From positions 49,081-113,080 of the IMG/VR virus record IMGVR_UViG_3300032331_001766: a stretch of DNA of 64,000 bases; one strand, given 5' to 3'. The DNA is from a virus. The number at the start of each line of letters is the position of its first letter. Position 1 is the stretch's first letter. This document shows, one piece after another, positions 9,880-19,250 of the stretch. The position numbers and the translations under genes were made by a program. The notes beneath the pieces are model-generated. The model did no database searches, was not told the origin of the DNA, and worked only from the letters and a program-made list of their open reading frames with translations.

Positions 9880-10572
9880 ATGGCAACATTTAATAATGCC
9901 AAGAACATTCTCGTAGGTGCTTCACCACTGTTCCTTTCAACAAAGGATTCAACTGATGGAACATACGCCGAGAACATGGAGCCAGGCTCATCAGCTGGAG
10001 TTGCATATCCATCAGCAGCATCTTATACAGATGCTTTGAACTCAGCAACAACAAAGTTTCGTAACGTAGGTTACACAAACAATGGTCTTCAGATTACTTA
10101 CAACCCATCATACGGTTCAGTAACAGTAGATCAGCTTCTTGATACAGCTAAGCTTTTCAAGGAGTCAATGGAAGTTATGATTGCAACAGAAATGACTGAA
10201 GGTACTCTTGAAAACGTACTAACAGTATTTGGTCAAGGATCTTCAACTCTTACAACTGAAGCTGGATACACATCAGGTACAGCTGAAGGAAAGAAGACAC
10301 TTGGTCTTGCAGCAGGAGCTCTCGGTGTTCAGCCAACAGAGCGTCAATTAATTGCAGTTGGTCAGTCACCAACAACAACTGATGGAACTAATACAGAAAG
10401 AACAGAGCGTATTTATTATGCACGTCGTGTTCTTTCAGTTCAGCAATCAGCATTCTCATTAGCACGTAATAATCCAACCACATTCCCAGTAACATTCCGT
10501 CTGCTTCCAGACGGCAATACAGCATACGCTGGCCAGGAATACGGTAAGATTATTGACCGTGTTATTGCATAA
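9880..10572 (+). CDS. Major tail (tube) protein
   Basis: NILVGASPLF, NVGYTNNGLQITY, VDQLLD and FPVTFRLLPD; strong SD; followed by a terminator, chaperones and the TMP. Confidence 0.88.
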   Translation: MATFNNAKNILVGASPLFLSTKDSTDGTYAENMEPGSSAGVAYPSAASYTDALNSATTKFRNVGYTNNGLQITYNPSYGSVTVDQLLDTAKLFKESMEVMIATEMTEGTLENVLTVFGQGSSTLTTEAGYTSGTAEGKKTLGLAAGALGVQPTERQLIAVGQSPTTTDGTNTERTERIYYARRVLSVQQSAFSLARNNPTTFPVTFRLLPDGNTAYAGQEYGKIIDRVIA

Positions 10573-10590
10573 TTTAATACTTTAAATTAC

Positions 10591-10623
10591 GGAAACCCCC
10601 ATTGATATGGGGGTTTTCTGTTT
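10591..10623 (+). terminator. Rho-independent terminator after major tail gene
   Basis: GAAACCCCCAT-TGAT-ATGGGGGTTTTC followed by TGTTT. Confidence 0.8.
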
Positions 10624-10678
10624 GTGTTAATAAAACCCTTTTGTTATAATAATAAAGACATATCCATAGGAGGATAAA

Positions 10679-11011
10679 TTGGCAACTACAGTATATGACG
10701 TAGAAGAAATTACGTTACAGAATGGCGCAACAGTTAACCTTAAGCCATTAACAATTAAAGAACTACGCAAGTTTATGGCTGCTATCTCCAAAACTGGAGA
10801 AGCAAAAACAGAAGACGAAACACTAACAATTCTTATTGACGCTTGTGCAGTAGCATTAGAAAAGCAATTACCAGAATTGGTAAAAGATCGTGACGCATTT
10901 GAAGATGTTTTAGACGTTCCTACCATCAACCGCATTCTTGAAGTTTGCGGAGGAATTAAGATGGACGACCCAAACCTTCTAGCGGCAGCGGTTCTGGCTG
11001 GTCAGAACTAG
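10679..11011 (+). CDS. Tail assembly chaperone (gpG-like)
   Basis: Lies between tail tube and TMP; TTG start after GGAGG; ends just past the slippery heptamer. Confidence 0.85.
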   Translation: MATTVYDVEEITLQNGATVNLKPLTIKELRKFMAAISKTGEAKTEDETLTILIDACAVALEKQLPELVKDRDAFEDVLDVPTINRILEVCGGIKMDDPNLLAAAVLAGQN

Positions 11012-11340
11012 ATTTAGCCGCTTTAGAGGGAGAAGTTTTTCTTTTAGGTAATTGGAAAAATTACGCAGAGATAGAAGAAAATCTTTCAATGCCAGAACTT
11101 ATTCAAACATTGAAGTCAATGCAAAAAACGGAATCAGAGAAAAGAAAATTTTTAGCTGGAATCCAAGGTGTTGATATAAATGATGAACAAGAAGAAAAAG
11201 AAGGTCCTACCTTTGAAGATATACAAAGAAGAGCACTTGGCATACATGCAAGCGGAGATGATATAACATCACTTCAAGGAGCATTAGCAGCACAAAGTGG
11301 ATTTGGTATCGGAGCTGGATTAGGATACACCAGGGAGTAA
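10679..11340 (+). CDS. Tail assembly chaperone, long form (gpGT-like) via -1 frameshift at 10969-10975
   Basis: C CCA AAC heptamer; the -1 frame is open from there through the 11089-11340 ORF (PSSGSGSGWSELDLAALEGEVFLLGNWKNY...MPELIQ). Confidence 0.85.
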
Positions 11341-11349
11341 AATAGATAA

Positions 11350-14300
11350 ATGGCTGATGAGCAAATTGTAACCAATATAGTTGCAACCTCAGATTTTTCA
11401 AGTCTCATTGCCGATGTGCAACGGACCACAGCAGCACTATCTAAATTACAGTCACAACTAGCTTTATCAAATACAGCATTAGCGAATCAGGCTGGCCAGA
11501 TACAAAAAGGTTTTGGAGAAACTCTAAGATCAACTGGCCAGTTTACTTCGCATTTTGTTACTGTTGGATCAGAGGTAGATAGATTTGGTAAAAGCCTTGA
11601 TTCTGGAAGATTAAAGTTAAGAGATTATTTTAAAACTTGGCAAGATCACACAAAAAGTTCTGGCGGATTAATTAGAGGTTTAGCAAAAGAACAGGTTGCA
11701 TTACAGCAATCTATAGTTCAATCGCTTGGTAAAACTGCAGATGGAATGCAGAAGTTTAACGTACACGTTAAGACTGGGCTAGATGAAGTAGCAAACAGAA
11801 CTGCATTAGCAAAGAAAGAAATGCAGATATACAACAAGGTTATTCAAGACGGCGGAAATCAAATTATTAACTGGGGTAAAAATACTCAGTGGGCTGGTCG
11901 TCAGTTAACAGTAGGACTCACAGTTCCAATAGCAGCATTTGGTGTGGCTGCATCAAAAGCATTTAGAGATGTTGACCAAGAGCTTGTTAGACTTACAAAG
12001 GTTTACGGTGGGCTTTCTGCAACTAGCGCAGTAGAGTTAGCTAAAGTTAGAAAAGATGTTTCTGCAACAGCTAAAGAATTAGCTGCAGCATATGGAGCGT
12101 CGTACAAAGATACAATTGCATTAGCAGCAGATATTGCAGCAACTGGTAAACAGGGCAACGAGCTGCTTCAGTCTACAAAAGAAGCAACAAGACTTTCTAT
12201 TCTTGGAGAAGTAGATAGACAAGAAGCTATGAAAGCAACTCTTGCAATTCAATCAGCATTTAAAAAGAATACAACAGAGCTTGGCAAATCAATTAACTTT
12301 CTTAACGCAGTTGAAAACCAAACCTCAACAAGCCTTGCAGATTTAGTTGAAGCTATACCAAAAGCTGGACCAGTAGTTAAAGCACTTGGCGGAGACATAG
12401 AAGATTTAGCACTTTATCTTACAGCTATGCGTGAAGGCGGAATTAACGCATCTGAAGGAGCAAATGCTTTAAAGTCAGCATTAGCATCTATCATTAACCC
12501 AACTAAAGTTGCTAAAGAAATGTTTCAAGGATTTGGAATTGATTTAGGTGGGATAGTAACAAAAAATGCTGGAAACTTAACAGGAACTATATTAGAGATT
12601 CAAGCAGCATTAGAAACACTAGATCCTCTTAAGAAATCACAGGCAATTGAGCAGTTGTTTGGTAAGTTCCAGTTTGCAAGAATGAATGCTTTATTTGAGA
12701 ATTTGGGTAAGCAGGGTAGCCAGACTTTACAGGTATTAGATTTAATGAAAGCAAGCTCACAAGATCTTGCAAATGTGGCTGGACGAGAATTAGCACAAAT
12801 TACTGAGTCTGCTTCTGGTAAATATAGAAGAGCATTAGAGTCATTAAAGGCAGACTTAGCTAAAGTAGGAGAGCAGTTCTTAACAATTCAAACATTCTTT
12901 ATTGAATTAGTAGATAAAATAATTAACTTTGTAAACAAATTACCAGAGCCTATTCAAAAAGTTCTTACATTGCTAGCTGGATTCACTGCAGCAGCGGGTC
13001 CACTTATTATGTTAACTGGTGTATTTGCTAACTTCTTTGGATATGTAATTAAGGGAATTGGCCATCTAAGAGCTTTATTTAAGGGCGGCGAAGGATTTAA
13101 ATTATTAACACCTCAAATAATAGCTGCAAATCAAGCTGGAAGTTTAATAGAAAAAACATTTTATAGCGATGCTCAAGCAGCAGCGACATTAGCTAATGCC
13201 CTAAGTAATTTAAATAATGAATTTAATCTTCTATACAATAAAGCAAACAACATTGCGCCAGTAGCACCAGCAATTTCAACAATGGCAAGCACCATGATGT
13301 TGCCAGGCGGAGCAACAGAAAGAGTTGTAAATAAGCAAAGCTCAATGCTAGGCAAGCCTTATTCAAGAGATATGTCTCATATGATTCCTTCAAAAACTGG
13401 ACAAGCAGGAACAATGTTTGGAGTTCTTCCTGGAACTGCTCCAGTAAATAAAAGAATTAGTAATAACCCACAGATCTATGCAGCAGGAGATTTGCCAGAT
13501 GTTCCTGGATTAACTAATGTTAATAAAGTTTCAACAGGTGTTGTAGCAGCAGAAGCTGCTAAATGGCACTCAATGACTGCAGCAATTGCAATGCAATCAG
13601 ATGCAGAACTTACAGCATTGAAACAAGAAGTTGCTGCAACTGGAACAATTACACATGAATTGTCTTCTTCATACCAGGCATTGTTGCCTAAGATGACTGA
13701 AGTTATTCAGAAAGCTGTTAAAGAATCAGAGTTAATTGTTGCTCAGACACAATCTGGTAAAATAACGTTAGATCAAGCAAGAGCAAAAATCACTGCGCTT
13801 AATGCACAAATAGAAACATTATTAGCATCAACAGCACAAGGAGTTGCAACAGCACAGGGAAGATCTATTAATGTTGGAATGGTTCCATTAACAAATCAAC
13901 CAGCTGTATCTCCAACTGGCAAGAGCAACATGAAAGAAATGTTCCACAAGAGTGCTAACGCAAATCTTATTAATAAAATAGCTGGCGTACTTGGAGTAAG
14001 AACTTCAGGCGGAGGATACAGCACTGAAACAACAATGCCAAAGAGATTTGCAGAAGGTGGATTTGTACCAGGAACTGGAAACACAGATACTCATCCAGAT
14101 TCACTACCTGCTGGATCTTATGTTGTAAATAAAAAGTCTTCTGAAAATCCTATGTATAGACCTATACTTAGAGCAATGAAAACTGGAATTAGATTTAGCA
14201 AGGGTGGAGAAGTACCAGTCGTACTAACACCAGGAGAGTTTGTTGCTGACCCACAAACAGCAAGAGAAAACGCACCAGTTCTAAGATCTATTAATGCTGG

Positions 14301-17300
14301 TAATTATGCTGTTGGCGGAACAGTAAGTATGAATAAAGTTAACTATGGAATTTCACCAAACAAGCAAAGAGTAAAGAGCCCAGCAATCATTGAAGATGCT
14401 TTAGCTAAAGTTATTGCATTTAACACAGATAAAAACTATGCTAAAAATAATTATACTGGTGCAGTATTAAATGACTCATGGGCAATATATGATGCAATAA
14501 CTTCTGCAACTGGAAGACCAGCAGATCCAAAAGAAGCAATTTCAATTGCAGAAGCAATGGAAGAAGAAGCAAGATCAGCATCGACCTTTGGCGGAGTGCT
14601 AGATGAAAATGAATATCGTAAAGTCGCTAAAGAACAGATGACTACATGGAAAAAGAAACTTAAAGAACAGTATCCTTCTATAAGACTTACAAGTTCTAAC
14701 AAAAGACAAAATGCAACTGATCCAACTGTCAGAAAATTAATTTATGCAATGATGCTTAAGGATAAAAGATTTAGTAGAGATTACCTAAAAACGCTAGATG
14801 TTTCTGAAGGCGGAAATGCAGTAAGAGCACACAGAGATCAGCTTTCTCAGTCTAAGAATAAGAATAATCCTTATAAGTATTTAAGAGCAGCCGTTGTTAC
14901 TCCAACAAATGTTAATTATGAAAGTAAGCAACTTCAGGATTATTATGGTATGGAAAACTATGAAGATAGAGTTTCTGCTGGACCAGTTCGTGCAGAGCAA
15001 GATGCAAAAAAGCTTCTTAAAGGTGTTGGTTTTAATTCACTTTCTTCATACGAAAAATATTTAAAAGAAAAGAAAGAAAAAAAGGAAGCAGCAAAGAAAC
15101 CTAAAAAGTATAAAGAGTTTTTAGCAGCAAGAACTTTAGGCAAGCCAGCGTTGTTTACACCAGCGTTTGCAGGAGCTATTAGAAGAAATAAGGGCGGAAT
15201 AATACCTGGACTAGCATCATCTGTTATTAATAGACTAACTAATAGATGGCCTGGTAAAAAGCAATTCTATCCACAGGGCTACCAGTACATGCTTGGTAAT
15301 CAAGATCCACTTCATGGTCCACTTCAAATTGGAATGTCACAACAACTTGCAAGACATTCTGGGTATGATCCAAAAGATGTATCACTTCAAAGAGGTGTTG
15401 TATTTAGAGATGATAGGTTTAGTAGATTAAACATTATGCCTCAGTTCCTTACTGGAACAGCAGAAGACCGTGGCAGATATGCAACATCACAATACATGTC
15501 TGGAAACCTAGATATTATGGGACAAATGGAAAGATTGGGTAATCACCCTCTCGGACCAATTGCTGCAATGAAAACTCAACAGAAAAAGTTTAGCGGAAAA
15601 TTATTTAGAGGAATTAAATTAGATAGAACATTTAAGGGTCTGCCAGAAGATTTAATTGAAGCAATTAAAATGGCAAGAGTTACTGGAGATGCTTCACCTT
15701 TAATTGGCAAAGAATTCATTATGCGCCGATCATCTTGGAGCAAGAGCCAAAACATAGCAAGCTACTTTGCGCCAGGGAAAAATGTAGACCCAGAATCATT
15801 GCTTATAGAAGCTGCTGTAAAAAATAGAAATATTTTACCAGCAGGAGACATGTTCCCAGATAAAGTTTTCCAGGCTCCAGGAGGACAAAATTGGGGCGGT
15901 GGAAGATTTAATAATGGATATAGATCAGAACAAGAAGCAATATTTGGTGGCAAGTTTAAGATAGTAGGATTTGATAAAGGCACTCTTCAGGTACAAACAG
16001 TTGTCGATGGAGCAAGAGAAGATGGCGGACCAACACAAGCTGGCAAGTCTTATATAGTTGGAGAAAATGGTCCAGAAATATTTATTCCAGAAACAAATGG
16101 AAATATAGTTCCAAATGCTGGAGTAAGCGGATCTAGAAAAACAGGCGCTATGGTTGCAAACTATGGTGCAAGCATGGCTGGGTATGGAATTGCAAGCAAG
16201 TTAGCTCCAGGAAATATGTTGGCACAAATTGGTGGCGGATTATTAGGCGATGTAGCTGGAAATATGATGTACAACAAGATAATGAATATTGGTCAAGCAG
16301 CTGGATCAGCAGCAAACAAAACTTCATTATTAACAAAAGCTTTCCAATTCTTTATTAAGATGCCTGGACCAGTTAAGTTACTTGCTGCAATTGCTGGAGT
16401 AGGAATGGCAATTCAAGCAGTCAATAAAAAAATTGAAGAGCATAGAAGAATTGTTAATTCAGCATTTGGATTAGAGGCTTCAACTGTAGCAAAGCTTGGA
16501 CTACAGTACACAACCCTTGAAGATAAGATGAAGGATTATCGCAAGGCACAAGATTTAGCAAATGCTTCTGCTGCAGCGTTTAAATATACTACAGATAAAG
16601 TTGGCGGAGCTCAAGGAATAGATATGACTCAAGAAGAGCTAGATGCTCTTAAGAAGTCATCAAAGAAAGATTTTAAAACAGAAATATCAATGTTTAATAC
16701 AGCAGGCGGGAATGAAGTTATTCAAAAAGCTACACAGCTTAAAGCAATGTTTGTATCATCTGGAATGGCAGTACAGGATGCAAATGAATTAATTTATGCA
16801 TTAATATTAAACTCTAATAAGGCAGAAAGCGCATTAACCGCACTTGGAGACAAAGGATTTGGTTCAATTCAAGATAAGGGTACAGCAGCAGCAGCAACAC
16901 TTAAAACATACTACTCCGTTATTGCAAAAGGAAATACTGATCAAATTGGTAAATCCGTTGATTCCGCATTAAATGCATATATAAATCTAGAGACATCTTT
17001 AGTTAATATAAATGATAAGACAAAGCCTATTGTAACTGAATCAGAGGCATACCTAAAGGTTCTTAATAAAATAAAAAATAGCAATGCTGGGAATGCAGAG
17101 TTAGGTGATGAAATTTATCTAGCACTTTCTAAGCAGAATGCTGAGCTTGGTAAGATAATAAATACCACAGACACATTTGCATCTGTAATGGCAAAGGTTA
17201 AATTAAGTACTTCAGGCCTTTCGTTAGACCTTGCAAATATGGGATCATCTGCTGCAACTGCTCTTTCAATAGTAGTATCAAAGCAACAAGATACTCTAGG

Positions 17301-18789
17301 ATCAACAACTGGCCCCTTTGCCAAGCTTGCAAGAGATATTCAAAACACTGGAAAAGCAAGTGCTGATCAAATTGTAAAAACTTCACAGATTTCTGCAGAT
17401 GCATTAAATAAGCAGATAGATTTACATAATAAGAATATAAAAAAGATTAAAGAAGAAGCGGATGCCAGAAAGAAGGCATTAGACGAACAGCTTTCAGATG
17501 AGACAACATTACTTCAAATTAAAAAGAAGCAGATGGAATATGCTGATGCAGTTGCCGCTGGAGATATGTCTAGAGCTGCACAAGCGCAATTAGATATACA
17601 GGCTTTAACAAGAGCTCAAGAAGTTACTGTAGCAAAGCGATCAATTGACGACAAGGCTGAAAAAGATATTAAGGCTCAAGAAGCTGCAATTGATGCGTTA
17701 AATAAAAAGCTTGATGGACTTCAAAAAACAGTAAATGCTGCACAAGCAAATGCATCTGCTGCACAAAAGAAATCTGCTGACCTTCAGTCAATGATGGATG
17801 AACTAGTTGCATTAACTGTAGCTGGAGCGGATGGAGTTGACTCAAAAGAATCTGCACGTAGAGATGCACTTGTAAATAAATTAACAAAGGCTGGATATAA
17901 AGATATTGCTTCTAAGATAACAGGAGCAGTTGGCGGAAGATACGAAGGCAGCACGTTTGTTCCTTCAGGAGATAAGTTAGCAGAATTAAGCAAGGGTTCA
18001 TTTAATGATGCATATAATGCTTCAAAGAAAGCTTTGGCAGTTTACATAACAGATCCAGAAACAATAGCTTTATTAGGTGGATTAGGAAAGGGAGAGACTC
18101 CTGGATTCCAGCCACCAAAGGGAACACCAAAAACTCCTATTATTAATCCTAAAACTCCAGTAAAAGATGTTTCAAAAGAAAAGACAATTCTTGATGCAGC
18201 AAAAGCTGCAGCTGGTGGGAAAAAACAAACAACAATGGTTAGCATTAATGATATTGCTTATGAGATATTTAAGTACGGCAACTCACAGTATTTGATGCCA
18301 AAGGGCACAAGCGGAAGTGAAATTTATGAATACCTATTTGCAAATGGAGCAGTTACTAGAGGTAAACGAGTAACTGACTTAAAGAGAAACTATAGCATAG
18401 GTGGACTAGTATTTGGAGCAGGAACTGCAACATCTGATTCAATACCAGCAATGCTTTCAAATGGAGAATATGTAATTAATGCTGGAGCAGTAAGTGCATA
18501 CGGCAAAGAAGTATTTGATCAATTTAATAGTAGAAAGTTTGCTACTGGAGGAATGGTTAATCCTTCATTTAGTGTTCCTTCTGGAGCAGTCTCACTTGGC
18601 AATAACATGGGTTCACGATATAATGGTGGAGGACAGGTTTACAATTACAGCGCAGGAGGAATTGTCATTAATCCAGCGCAAGGACAAAATGAAAAACAAA
18701 TTGCAGAATACGTAGTTTCAATTATGGATGCAAAAAATGGCTTAAGAGCAGCAAGCACTGGAGATAAAGGACGGTACCTAAGAACATGA
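11350..18789 (+). CDS. Tape measure protein with embedded ADP-ribosyltransferase-like domain
   Basis: 2479 aa, helical, after the chaperones; TP901-type core (QWAGRQLTVGLTVP...EGANALKS); internal LFRG/SSWS/EQE motifs; GG..GAGTATSDSIPAMLSNGEYV near the C-terminus. Confidence 0.93.
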   Translation: MADEQIVTNIVATSDFSSLIADVQRTTAALSKLQSQLALSNTALANQAGQIQKGFGETLRSTGQFTSHFVTVGSEVDRFGKSLDSGRLKLRDYFKTWQDHTKSSGGLIRGLAKEQVALQQSIVQSLGKTADGMQKFNVHVKTGLDEVANRTALAKKEMQIYNKVIQDGGNQIINWGKNTQWAGRQLTVGLTVPIAAFGVAASKAFRDVDQELVRLTKVYGGLSATSAVELAKVRKDVSATAKELAAAYGASYKDTIALAADIAATGKQGNELLQSTKEATRLSILGEVDRQEAMKATLAIQSAFKKNTTELGKSINFLNAVENQTSTSLADLVEAIPKAGPVVKALGGDIEDLALYLTAMREGGINASEGANALKSALASIINPTKVAKEMFQGFGIDLGGIVTKNAGNLTGTILEIQAALETLDPLKKSQAIEQLFGKFQFARMNALFENLGKQGSQTLQVLDLMKASSQDLANVAGRELAQITESASGKYRRALESLKADLAKVGEQFLTIQTFFIELVDKIINFVNKLPEPIQKVLTLLAGFTAAAGPLIMLTGVFANFFGYVIKGIGHLRALFKGGEGFKLLTPQIIAANQAGSLIEKTFYSDAQAAATLANALSNLNNEFNLLYNKANNIAPVAPAISTMASTMMLPGGATERVVNKQSSMLGKPYSRDMSHMIPSKTGQAGTMFGVLPGTAPVNKRISNNPQIYAAGDLPDVPGLTNVNKVSTGVVAAEAAKWHSMTAAIAMQSDAELTALKQEVAATGTITHELSSSYQALLPKMTEVIQKAVKESELIVAQTQSGKITLDQARAKITALNAQIETLLASTAQGVATAQGRSINVGMVPLTNQPAVSPTGKSNMKEMFHKSANANLINKIAGVLGVRTSGGGYSTETTMPKRFAEGGFVPGTGNTDTHPDSLPAGSYVVNKKSSENPMYRPILRAMKTGIRFSKGGEVPVVLTPGEFVADPQTARENAPVLRSINAGNYAVGGTVSMNKVNYGISPNKQRVKSPAIIEDALAKVIAFNTDKNYAKNNYTGAVLNDSWAIYDAITSATGRPADPKEAISIAEAMEEEARSASTFGGVLDENEYRKVAKEQMTTWKKKLKEQYPSIRLTSSNKRQNATDPTVRKLIYAMMLKDKRFSRDYLKTLDVSEGGNAVRAHRDQLSQSKNKNNPYKYLRAAVVTPTNVNYESKQLQDYYGMENYEDRVSAGPVRAEQDAKKLLKGVGFNSLSSYEKYLKEKKEKKEAAKKPKKYKEFLAARTLGKPALFTPAFAGAIRRNKGGIIPGLASSVINRLTNRWPGKKQFYPQGYQYMLGNQDPLHGPLQIGMSQQLARHSGYDPKDVSLQRGVVFRDDRFSRLNIMPQFLTGTAEDRGRYATSQYMSGNLDIMGQMERLGNHPLGPIAAMKTQQKKFSGKLFRGIKLDRTFKGLPEDLIEAIKMARVTGDASPLIGKEFIMRRSSWSKSQNIASYFAPGKNVDPESLLIEAAVKNRNILPAGDMFPDKVFQAPGGQNWGGGRFNNGYRSEQEAIFGGKFKIVGFDKGTLQVQTVVDGAREDGGPTQAGKSYIVGENGPEIFIPETNGNIVPNAGVSGSRKTGAMVANYGASMAGYGIASKLAPGNMLAQIGGGLLGDVAGNMMYNKIMNIGQAAGSAANKTSLLTKAFQFFIKMPGPVKLLAAIAGVGMAIQAVNKKIEEHRRIVNSAFGLEASTVAKLGLQYTTLEDKMKDYRKAQDLANASAAAFKYTTDKVGGAQGIDMTQEELDALKKSSKKDFKTEISMFNTAGGNEVIQKATQLKAMFVSSGMAVQDANELIYALILNSNKAESALTALGDKGFGSIQDKGTAAAATLKTYYSVIAKGNTDQIGKSVDSALNAYINLETSLVNINDKTKPIVTESEAYLKVLNKIKNSNAGNAELGDEIYLALSKQNAELGKIINTTDTFASVMAKVKLSTSGLSLDLANMGSSAATALSIVVSKQQDTLGSTTGPFAKLARDIQNTGKASADQIVKTSQISADALNKQIDLHNKNIKKIKEEADARKKALDEQLSDETTLLQIKKKQMEYADAVAAGDMSRAAQAQLDIQALTRAQEVTVAKRSIDDKAEKDIKAQEAAIDALNKKLDGLQKTVNAAQANASAAQKKSADLQSMMDELVALTVAGADGVDSKESARRDALVNKLTKAGYKDIASKITGAVGGRYEGSTFVPSGDKLAELSKGSFNDAYNASKKALAVYITDPETIALLGGLGKGETPGFQPPKGTPKTPIINPKTPVKDVSKEKTILDAAKAAAGGKKQTTMVSINDIAYEIFKYGNSQYLMPKGTSGSEIYEYLFANGAVTRGKRVTDLKRNYSIGGLVFGAGTATSDSIPAMLSNGEYVINAGAVSAYGKEVFDQFNSRKFATGGMVNPSFSVPSGAVSLGNNMGSRYNGGGQVYNYSAGGIVINPAQGQNEKQIAEYVVSIMDAKNGLRAASTGDKGRYLRT

Positions 18790-19250
18790 TAATGCCAAGA
18801 GGATCCATCCTTCAAATAGAAGCTAAAGATTTATTAGCAAGTCCAGCTGGAACCAGCTTAGTTTGGAATAAGGTTACAGAGCACAATAGATCTGCTTTTG
18901 ATATGAGCCCAATGAGAATTGAGCGCACACAAAGAATGTCCAATGGGTCATTAAGAAAGTTTTATATTGCAGATAAATATAGATTTAACTTAGGCTGGGA
19001 CATGCTTCCTTCATATAGAACTCTAACTGTTGACGGTGCATGGGGAGCAGAAGACCTAAGATCTTTTTATAATAGCGCAGAAGGCCAGGGCACATTTAAG
19101 ATTCGTGTAAACTTAGCAAAGACTGGATCAAACCAAGAGTCAAGTGGATATGAAGAGTACACAGTAAATATAACTGGATGTAACTTTGCAATTGCTAAGC
19201 GTGGGCTACAGCCACATTGGAGTGTATCTCTCTCACTGGAAGAAGTATAA
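18786..19250 (+). CDS. Minor tail protein (distal tail protein-like)
   Basis: Directly after the TMP; RMSNGSLRKF and terminal WSVSLSLEEV. Confidence 0.65.
   Translation: MIMPRGSILQIEAKDLLASPAGTSLVWNKVTEHNRSAFDMSPMRIERTQRMSNGSLRKFYIADKYRFNLGWDMLPSYRTLTVDGAWGAEDLRSFYNSAEGQGTFKIRVNLAKTGSNQESSGYEEYTVNITGCNFAIAKRGLQPHWSVSLSLEEV

Noticed and set aside
11089-11340. Stand-alone 83-aa gene
   Set aside because: Better explained as the -1 frameshift extension of the upstream chaperone.
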